A program made the position numbers and the translations under genes. Positions 10,419-19,214 of a stretch of 64,000 nucleotides of DNA are shown piece after piece; positions within the stretch are counted from its first letter, which is position 1, and every line of letters starts with the position of its first letter. Source of the DNA: a bacterium (GTDB taxonomy: Bacteria; Chloroflexota; Dormibacteria; Aeolococcales; Bog-877); NCBI GenBank assembly GCA_021816695.1, contig JAKAXE010000002.1:28914-92913 (forward strand), written 5' to 3'. The notes under the pieces were generated by a model that saw nothing but the letters and a program-made list of their open reading frames with translations, was not told the origin of the DNA and made no database searches.

Positions 10419-12085
10419 ATCCTGACCCGCTGGGGACCGGCGCTGGCCGCGCGCATCGCCGCCTCCATGATGGCGATGTTGCGCCGTGCCGCCTCCGGCG
10501 TGACCGCCAGCGGCTCCCGGGCCAGCAGGTGGCCCGCCAGGTTCCGGTAGAAGGCCTGGGGCGGGGCCATGGGAAGGGCCACTCTCTGGTCGTGGCTTCG
10601 TCCGGCCGGTCCTGGTCGCAGGAGGTGGAGCTCGCAGGGCAGGTCGGCGACCGGCACTGGGACCTCGGAGACCCCCGTCGGGGTGGCCACCAGCCGGCTC
10701 TCCTCCCGCCAGAGCCCGACTGCCGCCCCCTCGGTTCCCAGGAGGTACCACTTCGGCTTCCGAGCGGCGGCGATGTCGGAGTGAATGAACTCAGCGCTGG
10801 CCCCGTCTTCGAAGGTCATCCTGAGAACGAAATGGTCCTCGTTGGTAACGTCCAGCCAGATCAGCTTCTGGCTCGATGCGCTCACCTCGACCACCCGACC
10901 CGGGAGCAGTTGCAGGATCCAGTCGAGGTAGTGCGCGCCCCAGTCGAAGATGACGCCCCCGCTCACGCTGGAATCGGAGTGCCAGAAATGGCAGGGGTGC
11001 TCAAAGCCGCCGACAAAGGCCTCAAGGTGGAAGACCCTCCCCAGCTGGCCTGTCTCCACCAGCTCGCGAAGGGCCATGAAGTCGGGATCCCAGCGACGAC
11101 TCTGGTAGACGGTGAGGGTACGCTGCGCGCCCGTTGCGGCCTCCAGGAGCTGGTCCGCCTCCGCCACGGTGAGACAGAAAGGCTTCTCCACGATCACGTG
11201 GCGGCCGGCCTCCAGGGCGCGCCGCGCCAGGGCGAAGTGGGTGTTCGGCGGAGTGGAGATCACCACCGCGCCTACCGCGGGGTTGTCCAGCAGCTCGTCC
11301 AGACCATCGGCCGGGGCCGCCTCGGGAGCCAGGGCGATGGCTGCTTTCAACCGCTCCGGGGAGTGGTCCGCGACCGCCGCCACACTCAGGCCCGGGACCG
11401 CCGAGATCGCCGACAGGTGTTCGGGACCGATGGCCCCGAAACCCACCAGCCCGACCCCCACGGGCGAGCCCTCGGACCGGCCGGCGGCGTGGCGTACTCC
11501 CCGGTAGAGCAGATCCTGGACCGAGGGCGACTGAAAGGTGGAGGCCGCGCCACCTAGCCCGAAGTGCACGACCCGTCCGGAACCGGCGCGGCGGACCGTT
11601 GCCAGAGGCCTTCGCCCCGACCTCCAGGTGGTGCTGAGCAGAACCTCGGCCTCGGCGCCGTTCGCCCCCTGGTCCTCGACCGTGAATCCGGAGTCGAGGA
11701 CCGTGAACGAGGTCGGAGACCTTCGGGTGATGTCATGGTCCGAACGCTCGACGTCCACCACCAGCTCGCCGGCGGGAAGCCGGTCGGCCGCCCCGCCGAT
11801 CAGCGGGCCGAGCCGTGGCCCGCGGCTCCAGTTGGCGCTGGTGCAGTGCAAGGAAACCAGACCCCCGCCGGAGGTAAGGAAGTCGGCGATGCCTTCCTCT
11901 GCAGCTCCCCCCAAAGCTCCGGACGGGTCGTGGGCCACGACCACGTCGGCCCTCGCGAGATCGGCCAGCTCTTCGGGGCTGCCGATGACCCTGGTTTCCA
12001 CCTCCTTCGTATCACGCAGATAGGAGAGCCAGGACTCCATGGCCTCCAGCTCAGGCCCGGCGGCCATCACCAGCGCGCGAATCAA
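10415..12085 (-). CDS. Fusion protein: N-terminal ThuA-like (class-I glutamine-amidotransferase-like, trehalose-utilisation) domain + C-terminal Gfo/Idh/MocA oxidoreductase
   Basis: The N-terminal ~200 aa (ADFLTSGGGLVSLHCTSANW...GSGRVVHFGLGG) resembles ThuA-domain proteins. From ~aa 205 there is a Rossmann motif VGVGLVGFGAIG and the motif VIVEKPFCLT of Gfo/Idh/MocA. TTG start at 12085; ATG 18 nt downstream is an alternative. Confidence 0.7.
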   Translation of the reverse strand: MIRALVMAAGPELEAMESWLSYLRDTKEVETRVIGSPEELADLARADVVVAHDPSGALGGAAEEGIADFLTSGGGLVSLHCTSANWSRGPRLGPLIGGAADRLPAGELVVDVERSDHDITRRSPTSFTVLDSGFTVEDQGANGAEAEVLLSTTWRSGRRPLATVRRAGSGRVVHFGLGGAASTFQSPSVQDLLYRGVRHAAGRSEGSPVGVGLVGFGAIGPEHLSAISAVPGLSVAAVADHSPERLKAAIALAPEAAPADGLDELLDNPAVGAVVISTPPNTHFALARRALEAGRHVIVEKPFCLTVAEADQLLEAATGAQRTLTVYQSRRWDPDFMALRELVETGQLGRVFHLEAFVGGFEHPCHFWHSDSSVSGGVIFDWGAHYLDWILQLLPGRVVEVSASSQKLIWLDVTNEDHFVLRMTFEDGASAEFIHSDIAAARKPKWYLLGTEGAAVGLWREESRLVATPTGVSEVPVPVADLPCELHLLRPGPAGRSHDQRVALPMAPPQAFYRNLAGHLLAREPLAVTPEAARRNIAIMEAAMRAASAGPQRVRI

Positions 12086-12156
12086 CTGACGCTTCTCCCC
12101 ATGGCTGTCGCGCCCAACTCTAACTCACTTAGCCGCTAAGAGAGCGGCGGGGTGGT

Positions 12157-12882
12157 TCAGGCCGGGCGGCGCCCTGTGTGGAGGGCCACGATCCCAAGTG
12201 TCATGCGCTGGTAGCTCACCCTCTCGAAGCCCGCGTCCCGCAGCCAGCCCGCGACCACCTCGGGCCCGGGAAAGGCGGAGATGGAGGAGGTGAGATAACG
12301 GTACGCCCCGGTGCGTCCCAGAAGGAGCCTCGCCACCCGGGGGATCACCAGCCGGCTGTACTCGCGGTAGAGGGGCCGCATCAGCGCCCGAGGCGAGCTG
12401 AATTCCAGGATCACAACCCGCCCCCCGGGGCGCAGGACCCGCCAAACCTCGCGCAGTGCCCTCTGGTGATCGGCGATGTTGCGCAGCCCAAAGGCCATGG
12501 TCACGGCGTCGAACTCCCGCTCTCGTGCGGGCAGCTCCAGGGCGTCCCCGACCCGGAACTCCACCTCCGGGACCGCCCGGGCAGCCAAAGAAAGCATCTC
12601 CTCCGTGATGTCCACACCGAGCACCGAGCCTGACGGGCCCACCCGGCGCCAGAGCAGGCGCGCCAAGGCACCGGTTCCGGTGCACACGTCCAGGGCCCTG
12701 CCCCCCCGTCGGAGCCGCGCCAGCTGTGCCGCCCGCCTACGCCATCGGCGGTCCTCCCCCAGGCTGAGAACCGCGTTGAGCAGGTCATAGCGGCCGGCGA
12801 TGCCGCCGAACATCGCCCGGACGGCAGGGGCCTCAGGCCGACCCGCGGTGGGCAGAGCCCCCTCCACTGCCTCCACCGTCAT
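12157..12882 (-). CDS. ubiE: Demethylmenaquinone/ubiquinone C-methyltransferase (UbiE/MenG family, class I SAM-MTase)
   Basis: F..IA.RYDLLN block (MFGGIAGRYDLLNAVLSLG), SAM motif I LDVCTGTG, and FGLRNI and PGGRVVILEFS blocks typical of UbiE/MenG. Confidence 0.85.
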   Translation of the reverse strand: MTVEAVEGALPTAGRPEAPAVRAMFGGIAGRYDLLNAVLSLGEDRRWRRRAAQLARLRRGGRALDVCTGTGALARLLWRRVGPSGSVLGVDITEEMLSLAARAVPEVEFRVGDALELPAREREFDAVTMAFGLRNIADHQRALREVWRVLRPGGRVVILEFSSPRALMRPLYREYSRLVIPRVARLLLGRTGAYRYLTSSISAFPGPEVVAGWLRDAGFERVSYQRMTLGIVALHTGRRPA

Positions 12883-13772
12883 GCGCTGAGCAAACCTTCA
12901 GCCGTGCTTCCGTCAGGCGTGGAGGGGCTGGCGGCGCAGAGGCAGGTCCGCTCTGCCGGCAGCGCCGCCAGCGCGTCCAGAGCCACCTTGCCCAGCTCCT
13001 CGGCGCCCTCGCGGATGATGGCCCGGAGCAGCTCGAAGTCCCACTCCGGTCGGACACCCTCGGCGTAGTTCAAGACCATCTCCACGGTCCCGAAGCAAGC
13101 ACCGATCTCCCGGGCCAGATAGACATCGGGAGTGACCCCCTGGCTGATCACGTCGCCGCCAAGGCGCGCCAGCGCCGCCACCTCGGCGGCCGTCTCGGCC
13201 CGTGGCCCCTCCACCGAGGCGTGGACGGCGCGGTTGAAGGCGCGGGTCGCCTTCTCGGCGGCGAAGCGCCGCGAGCGCTGCCAGAGCACTTCGCGGATGT
13301 CGGGGCAGAACGGCTCACGCATCGACACCGGGCGGCCCGGGGAGAGCCATCCCGAGCGCTGCGGGGTGAAGTCGATGAAGTCATGGGGTATGACCAGATC
13401 GCGGGGGTGGAAATGCTGGGTGATGCTGGCGGCGCCGGACTCGGCCACGACGCGCACAACCCCAGCCTCCCGCAGCGCCCAGAAGAGGGCTAGGCTCCGG
13501 TGCTCCCTGCCCGGCAGCCCGAGCTCGACGGCGGGCGCAGGGGCGGGCGCAGGGCGGACGAAGATCAGCCGGCGGAGCTCGCCCGAATCGGTCCGAAGGG
13601 TAAGGAACTCCAGGTCGGGGGTCGGTCCAAAGGGTGTGGGGAAGGCGGTCGGCCCAAGCACCACGGAGATCCTGGGGTCGATGCCGGGAAGCGCTGCCGG
13701 CTCGGTTCCCGAGCGGCCCAGGAGGGCGTACTCCGCCCGGGGCAGCGGCGCTGCCTGCTCAGGGGTTTCCAC
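12879..13772 (-). CDS. MTAP-family (PNP family 2) nucleoside phosphorylase-like protein with divergent N-terminus
   Basis: The block GAASITQHFHPRDLVIPHDFIDFT resembles the MTAP P-G-D-h-V-I-x-D-Q-F-I-D-x-T motif. The downstream block VISQGVTPDVYLAREIGACF is also family-like. The usual N-terminal G-I-I-G-G-S-G phosphate loop reads YALLGRSG. The stop overlaps the ubiE start (ATGA). Confidence 0.6.
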   Translation of the reverse strand: METPEQAAPLPRAEYALLGRSGTEPAALPGIDPRISVVLGPTAFPTPFGPTPDLEFLTLRTDSGELRRLIFVRPAPAPAPAVELGLPGREHRSLALFWALREAGVVRVVAESGAASITQHFHPRDLVIPHDFIDFTPQRSGWLSPGRPVSMREPFCPDIREVLWQRSRRFAAEKATRAFNRAVHASVEGPRAETAAEVAALARLGGDVISQGVTPDVYLAREIGACFGTVEMVLNYAEGVRPEWDFELLRAIIREGAEELGKVALDALAALPAERTCLCAASPSTPDGSTAEGLLSA

Positions 13773-13843
13773 CAGCCGAGTATATGTGCAGCGATCGGAC
13801 GCTCCCGGGACTGCCGTCGGGCCCCCAGCCGCTCCGATTCGGC

Positions 13844-14830
13844 TCAGCCAGGCTCCAAGCGGAACTCCGCCAGCACTGGGAAGTGGTCACTGGCCCGCCT
13901 CGCCACCTCGGCCAGGGGACCCTTCCTGCCAACCACCTCGCAGTCGGCGAGCCGCTCGGCCAGGGCGGCGGTCGCGAAGAGATAGTCGATGCGCACCGCT
14001 GGGTGGTAGGTGGGACAGGTGAACTCATCACCGCCGGGATGCAGCCGGCGCAGGCAGTCGACATAGCCGGCGGCCAGCATCTCGCTCACCACCTCCCGGG
14101 GCATCATGGCACCCACCATGAGATCGGTGGTCTCTCCCTTGGGAACGAACTCGACCAGCGGCTGGAGCACCCAGGGGAGGCGCGGCATCCCCTCCCTGGC
14201 CACTGGCGAGAGGTCCAGATCCGTACCCCCGCCAGCCCCCACGGTCGCCTGCCGCCGGGTCGGAACCGGGCCCAAGGTCCCGTACCTTTCCAACGCTCCC
14301 GATCGGCGCCAATCGGACAGGAGCGAGAGGAAGCCCGCCGCATCCACCCGCTCCCCGGGCGCGAGGGAGTTGAAGTCGCCCAGGATCAGGTGGCGGTCGG
14401 GGTTGGCCCCCCGGGCCTGCTCACGCACAGCTCCCAGTTCACGCAGGCGGTCCGGCTCTGCCCGTCCACGGCGCTGGAAGGCGGCGGTGAGATGGACGGT
14501 GTGGATGGCGACCGGGCCGCCCGGGAGGTCGAGGGAGACCTCCAAGGAGTTGCGGGGGAAGGCGCGGGGATCCTGGTGGTTGCGCCACTCCCGGAGCGGC
14601 AGGCGGCTCAGAAGCCCCTGGTGCCGGAAGCGAGGTGCCCGTCCGAACACTGCCCGGTAGCCGAGGCGCTCCGCGAGGCTGTACATGGGCCGGGGGTCCT
14701 CGATTTCCTGAAGTGCGAGAACGTCGGCATCCATCATCCGGACCATCTCCGCGATGGCGGCCCAGCGGCTCCCACCGCCGGAAAGGATGTTGTAGGTGGC
14801 GATCCGCAGCCGGCTCATGAGGTCGGGCAT
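13844..14830 (-). CDS. Endonuclease/exonuclease/phosphatase (EEP) family protein
   Basis: N-terminal LRIATYNIL...DADVLALQE, a mid block LILGDFN and a C-terminal SDHFPV block: the canonical EEP catalytic motifs. Confidence 0.8.
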   Translation of the reverse strand: MPDLMSRLRIATYNILSGGGSRWAAIAEMVRMMDADVLALQEIEDPRPMYSLAERLGYRAVFGRAPRFRHQGLLSRLPLREWRNHQDPRAFPRNSLEVSLDLPGGPVAIHTVHLTAAFQRRGRAEPDRLRELGAVREQARGANPDRHLILGDFNSLAPGERVDAAGFLSLLSDWRRSGALERYGTLGPVPTRRQATVGAGGGTDLDLSPVAREGMPRLPWVLQPLVEFVPKGETTDLMVGAMMPREVVSEMLAAGYVDCLRRLHPGGDEFTCPTYHPAVRIDYLFATAALAERLADCEVVGRKGPLAEVARRASDHFPVLAEFRLEPG

Positions 14831-14905
14831 CCCCCAATTCGGGTTCGACTGCCCTCGATTCTAGGCGGCATATTCCCAAGGTCCTGGGGGCCGATACTTG
14901 GGACC

Positions 14906-15757
14906 GTGCGAAAAGGATTGTTCCTGGCACCCTTCGGGGAATTCTCCGACCCGCGGCGGGTGGCGGAGCTGGCCGTGAGCGCTGAGCGGGCCGGCTGGGA
15001 TGGCCTCTTTCTCTGGGACCACATCCTGGCTGACCCCGGGACCCCCGTTGCGGACCCCTGGGTGACGCTCGCTGGGGTGGCAGCGGTCACCGAGCGACTT
15101 CGGATCGGAGCGATGGTCACCCCCGTGGCGCGGCGCCGGCCCTGGGTGCTGGCGCGCCAAACCGTGACACTGGATCGCCTGTCCGGTGGGCGGCTGGTGT
15201 TCGGCGTGGGGCTGGGTGACGACGGATGGAGAGAATTCAGCGCCTTCGCGGACCCTGATTCCCCGGCCCTCCGTGCGGCGGCCCTCGACGAGGGACTCGC
15301 CATCATCCGCTCCCTCTGGGCGGGGACGCCGGTGGACAGGTCTGGAGAGGTCCACCGGGTCAATTCGCCGGCGTTCCTCCCCCGCCCTCTGCAAGACCCC
15401 ATCCCTACTTGGGCCGCGTGCCGCTGGCCCCACCGCCGACCGTTGCGGCGCGCCGCGGCGCTGGAGGGCTGCTTCCCGATATTCGGGGGCGGTTGGCCGC
15501 CTCCGCCCCCTACTCCCGACCAGGTCGGCGCGGTCCGGTCCGCGCTTCGGGACCTGGGCGGCTCGCCCGAGGCCGATCTCGTGGTGACCCACGCCAACTG
15601 GGCCCAGCCGGCCGGCGCCCGATCTGTGCTCGCGGGGCTCGAGGCCGCCGGCGCCACCTGGTGGCTGGAGTGGTTGGGTCCGGCGGGGATCAGCCCGTCC
15701 AGCATCGAGCAAGTGGTCGGCGCCGGCCCTCCTTCGTATCCCGGCGATCGGGGATAG
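14906..15757 (+). CDS. LLM-class (luciferase-like) flavin/F420-dependent oxidoreductase
   Basis: Only the C-terminal 283 aa of the 707-aa track ORF look real. A GTG at 14906 gives VRKGLFLAPFGEFSDP...GWDGLFLWDH...RIGAMVTP...LDRLSGGRLVFGVGLG, the typical LLM pattern. Confidence 0.75.
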   Translation: MRKGLFLAPFGEFSDPRRVAELAVSAERAGWDGLFLWDHILADPGTPVADPWVTLAGVAAVTERLRIGAMVTPVARRRPWVLARQTVTLDRLSGGRLVFGVGLGDDGWREFSAFADPDSPALRAAALDEGLAIIRSLWAGTPVDRSGEVHRVNSPAFLPRPLQDPIPTWAACRWPHRRPLRRAAALEGCFPIFGGGWPPPPPTPDQVGAVRSALRDLGGSPEADLVVTHANWAQPAGARSVLAGLEAAGATWWLEWLGPAGISPSSIEQVVGAGPPSYPGDRG

Positions 15758-15767
15758 ACTCCGGGGG

Positions 15768-16367
15768 ATGGCAGGACTCCGGGCCAGATGGACGGCGTCT
15801 CGGTTCCCCGACAGTAGGGCTCGGCTGTGGCAGGTCGTCTCCAGCCGCCTGGTGCTGACGGCCATCGTGGCCGTCCTTCTGGGCGTGGCCGTCTCCGTGG
15901 CATCCTTTCTGCTGCAGACTCACTACCAGGGGGTCTTTGCGGCGGGGGGAAGGCTCTCGGGCTGGCAGGAGTTCCTGCGGCTGGGGGCCCCCTGGCAGGC
16001 CCTGCCGCCGGTGCTGGCAGCCACCATCCTCGCCGCCCTCGGCTGGCTCCGCCTCCGGACCGCCGCTCCCGAGCCGTCCTGGGGCGCTTCATCCGACCGC
16101 CCGCCCTCAGCCTCGCGGCTCCGGGCTGGCCTCCGTCGCGAGCGGTTGGTGGTCCTGGCGGCGAGCGATGCGGCCCGGGTGCTGGGAGCGGTGGCCGTGA
16201 TTCGCCTCTGCCTCTACGCCGGCCTGAGCCTCTCCGGCAGCCGGCTGGCCGCGGACACCCTCCCCGGTGTGCTGGCCGAGGCGGCGGCGTGGATGCTCTT
16301 CGCGGTGGTCGCCGAAACATGGCGTCGCCGTTATCTCGGGCTGCTGGAGAGCTGGGGTGTCGGGTGA
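15768..16367 (+). CDS. Hypothetical integral membrane protein (about 4 TM helices)
   Basis: 199 aa with several hydrophobic helices (LVLTAIVAVLLGVAVSVASFLL, LPPVLAATILAALGWL, AAWMLFAVVAE). No family recognised. Confidence 0.5.
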   Translation: MAGLRARWTASRFPDSRARLWQVVSSRLVLTAIVAVLLGVAVSVASFLLQTHYQGVFAAGGRLSGWQEFLRLGAPWQALPPVLAATILAALGWLRLRTAAPEPSWGASSDRPPSASRLRAGLRRERLVVLAASDAARVLGAVAVIRLCLYAGLSLSGSRLAADTLPGVLAEAAAWMLFAVVAETWRRRYLGLLESWGVG

Positions 16368-16641
16368 GCCGTCTCTGATCCTCCTCACCCGGCCCGGCTG
16401 CCACCTGTGTGAGGGGGTCCGGGGTCCGCTGGCCGCGCTGGCTGGGCTCCATGGCCTGCGGCTCGACGAGATGAGCGTGGAGTCCGATGCCCACAGAGAG
16501 GCACTGTTCGGGCAGCGCATCCCGGTCCTGCTCTGGGGTGGCGTGGTGGTAGGCGAGGGACGGTTCAGCCCCGAGACGGCGATCAGCAGGGTGCTCGCAC
16601 TGATGCTGGACGAACGATTCGGTAACAGCGCCGAGCCCTGA
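16357..16641 (+). CDS. Glutaredoxin-like small thiol-disulfide protein (CxxC)
   Basis: GTG at 16357 overlaps the preceding stop. The product is VSGEPSLILLTRPGCHLCE...RIPVLLWGG, the thioredoxin-fold pattern of small glutaredoxin-like (DUF836-type) proteins. Confidence 0.65.
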   Translation: MSGEPSLILLTRPGCHLCEGVRGPLAALAGLHGLRLDEMSVESDAHREALFGQRIPVLLWGGVVVGEGRFSPETAISRVLALMLDERFGNSAEP

Positions 16642-16666
16642 CCAGCGCAAGCCTAGACTCGAGGAG

Positions 16667-18223
16667 ATGCCCCGGTCCCGCAAGCCCGCCGCCCAGCCAA
16701 CCCTGGAGCTCACAGTTGTGGTCCCCACCCGAGACGAGGCGGGCAACGTACCCCTTCTGATCCAGCGCCTCCGCAACTCCCTGGCGGAGCTCCCCTTCGA
16801 GGTGCTGTTCGTGGACGACAGCGACGATTCCACCACCAGGGTCCTGCGCGAGGCCACCCGGCGGGATCCCCGGATCAGCCTGCTCCACCGCCGGCCCCAG
16901 GAGCGGGAGGGCGGGCTCAGCACAGCGGTCGTGGCCGGCCTGGCCCGGGCTCGTGGCCGCCTGGCCTGCGTCATGGACGGCGATCTGCAACACCCCCCAG
17001 AGCTGATCCCGGAGATGGTGGCCAGAGCCCGCGAGGGCGCAGACCTGGTGGTCGCGAGCCGCTACCTACCTGGTGCCACCAGACGAGGTCTGGGAAGCTG
17101 GAGCCGGCGGCTTGTGTCGCGGGGCGCCACCCTTGTGGCCCGGACCCTGTTCCTCGAGGCCAGGGCCAGCACCGATCCCCTGGCGGGCTTCTTCCTCTGC
17201 CGAACGGACCTGGTCCGCGGACTGGAGTTCCGGCCCGTGGGCTTCAAGATTCTGCTGGAGTTGCTGGTCTGCACCCCTGGCGCGCGTGTCGCCGAGGTCC
17301 CGCTGGACTTCCAACCGCGGGGAGCGGGCGAGAGCAAGGCGACGGCCCACCAGGGGTGGCTGTACCTGTGCCACCTCTGGTCGCTTGTGCGCGACGTCCC
17401 AGGGAGCGCCCGGAGGTGGAAGTTCGCGGCCGTCGGCCTGAGCGGCCTTGGCATTCTCCTAGCCATCCTGCAGTTCGTGGGGGTGACGCTGGCTTGGCCG
17501 GCGCTGCTGGCTTGGGCCGCCGCCTTCGCCATCTCTCTGCTCTGGAACACTGCGCTGAATTTGCGCATCACCTTCGCCGATCTTCATCGGGAGCGTTCTC
17601 CCCTCCTGAGGCGCTACCTTCTGTCAGGGCTCGGAGCCGGCGTTATTCAACTGCTGGCATTCCTGGCACTACGACCCACGGGATTGCCCCTGGTGCTGGA
17701 GGGGCTCTTGGCGGCGGTCCTGGGCATGGCAATGAACGCCTGGCTGAGCCTGCGGCTGGTCCGCTGGGGCCGCCGAGTCCCGGACGTCCCGGTGGGGTCC
17801 TTGGCACTGCTCCAGAGGCTGGCCCGGGCGGCACGTGCCGACCACGCCGCCCTACTCGGCACCGACATGGCGGTTCTGGCCACCCATCCCGGGGAGCAGT
17901 ACCGCCCCACCCGGATCGTCCGAGACCTCTGGCGACGGGCCGGATCGAGCGGCCGCGCGATCATGTGGACCACTCCTCCGTCCGGCCGGGCCCAGGCACG
18001 GTCCAGCGTGGCCGTCGACTCCATCATCGTCATACCCGTGGCTGCCGGGTCCGCCGACCAGCCCCGAGTGGTGCTTCTCCGGCACCGGCGAACCCCATTC
18101 ACCAGCGCCGACCTGGACGCCGCCATGCGTCAGCTGAGATGGCTGAGCCCACGCCCGGCGGAGCCGCTGGCCCCCAGAGCCACCTCCCCCGCCCCGCGGA
18201 TCAGTCCCGACCCAGCCCGCTGA
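16667..18223 (+). CDS. GT2 polyprenol-phosphate glycosyltransferase (DPM1/Ppm1-like) fused to a GtrA-like membrane domain and a ~150-aa C-terminal soluble extension
   Basis: N-terminal TVVVPTRDEAGNV...FVDDSDDST...MDGDLQHPP (GT2 DxD region). The middle has four TM helices with GtrA-like spacing. The C-terminal aa ~370-518 is soluble and GAF-like in pattern (unverified). Confidence 0.75.
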   Translation: MPRSRKPAAQPTLELTVVVPTRDEAGNVPLLIQRLRNSLAELPFEVLFVDDSDDSTTRVLREATRRDPRISLLHRRPQEREGGLSTAVVAGLARARGRLACVMDGDLQHPPELIPEMVARAREGADLVVASRYLPGATRRGLGSWSRRLVSRGATLVARTLFLEARASTDPLAGFFLCRTDLVRGLEFRPVGFKILLELLVCTPGARVAEVPLDFQPRGAGESKATAHQGWLYLCHLWSLVRDVPGSARRWKFAAVGLSGLGILLAILQFVGVTLAWPALLAWAAAFAISLLWNTALNLRITFADLHRERSPLLRRYLLSGLGAGVIQLLAFLALRPTGLPLVLEGLLAAVLGMAMNAWLSLRLVRWGRRVPDVPVGSLALLQRLARAARADHAALLGTDMAVLATHPGEQYRPTRIVRDLWRRAGSSGRAIMWTTPPSGRAQARSSVAVDSIIVIPVAAGSADQPRVVLLRHRRTPFTSADLDAAMRQLRWLSPRPAEPLAPRATSPAPRISPDPAR

Positions 18224-18254
18224 GGCCACCCCGGCCGGCTGGGATACTGGCCGG

Positions 18255-19214
18255 GTGACCACCCGGGGCCAGGGGCGGCAGGTAGCACGCCTGCTTCATC
18301 CGGTTCGGCACCGCCTTCTGCCGTGGGTCGTCCTGGCGGTGGGGGTTGGGTTGGTGGTGCCCACCACGTCCGGCGCCCTGGTACAGGTGGTTCCTATCCT
18401 CCTCGCCGGTCAGGTTCTCGGGGTCTCCCTGAACCTGACGCCGGCGGATTTCCGCGCGGCGGCCCGCCGCGCCCATCTGGTTGGAGCGGCGCTGCTCCTT
18501 GAGTGGACCGTCCTGCCGGCGCTGGCGGTGCTGGCCAGCAGAGCGATTCCCAATCGGGAGTTGGCTTCGGGCGTGGTAATCTGCGCCATCGCCCCGGCGG
18601 AGATCACTAGCGGGCTGATGACCGCGGTCGCCGGTGGTGACGCGGCCCTGGCGACCTCGATCATGGCCGGCTCCCTCGCCCTGGCCACCGTTCTCGTTCC
18701 CGTCTGGCTGAGCCTGGCACTGGGTGGTTCCACCCACTTCAACCCCCTCTCCTTGGTGGGTGAGCTGGGGCTGTCGGTCCTGCTGCCCCTCCTGGCAGGG
18801 GTGTTGCTCAGAGTCCGCTTCCCCGGGCTGGCCCGTCACCGCCACCTCTTTCTCGACCTGAGCGCCGCCTGCCTTGTGCTGGTGGTTCTGGCGGGCATGG
18901 GCCCGGCTCGGCCGGCGCTCCTATCCGCCGCTCTCCTGCCCATCATCCTGCTGGCGGGCGCGGTTCTCCTGGCCGGAGGCGCCCTGGGATGGGGGCTCGG
19001 CTGGGTGCTCTCCCTCCCCCACCGCACAGCGGCTGCGGTGGGGTTCCCGGTGGCCATCAGGGAGTTCGGGGTGGCGATCGCCGTGGCCGTGGCAGTGCTG
19101 CCGCGAGCGGCTGCGGTGGCCGGCGTTTACGGCATCCTCATGGTGGCGGGGGCTGGTACGGTGGCCGCCTGGCTGGGGCGGCCAACCCTCAGTGGTAGTC
19201 ATGAGAGGCGGTAG
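18255..19214 (+). CDS. Bile acid:Na+ symporter (BASS/SBF-like) family transporter
   Basis: 319-aa polytopic protein with SBF-type blocks (GVSLNLTPADF, VVICAIAPAEITSGLMT). Its 3' end overlaps the convergent dnaE2 by 26 nt. Confidence 0.65.
   Translation: MTTRGQGRQVARLLHPVRHRLLPWVVLAVGVGLVVPTTSGALVQVVPILLAGQVLGVSLNLTPADFRAAARRAHLVGAALLLEWTVLPALAVLASRAIPNRELASGVVICAIAPAEITSGLMTAVAGGDAALATSIMAGSLALATVLVPVWLSLALGGSTHFNPLSLVGELGLSVLLPLLAGVLLRVRFPGLARHRHLFLDLSAACLVLVVLAGMGPARPALLSAALLPIILLAGAVLLAGGALGWGLGWVLSLPHRTAAAVGFPVAIREFGVAIAVAVAVLPRAAAVAGVYGILMVAGAGTVAAWLGRPTLSGSHERR

Noticed and set aside
12132-12148. Hairpin GCCGCT-aagag-AGCGGC just downstream of ubiE, as a terminator
   Set aside because: The stem is only 6 bp and the trailing sequence is only weakly U-rich, so it is too weak to report as a feature.
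13634-14905. N-terminal 424 aa of the 707-aa track ORF 13634..15757
   Set aside because: This part overlaps the minus-strand EEP gene and is junk-like. LLM-family similarity begins only at GTG 14906.
14815-16974. 719-aa minus-strand ORF spanning the LLM oxidoreductase, membrane protein and glutaredoxin-like genes
   Set aside because: The translation is almost pure Arg/Pro/Gly/Ser/Ala with no domains. It lies antisense to three plus-strand genes that have clear family motifs.
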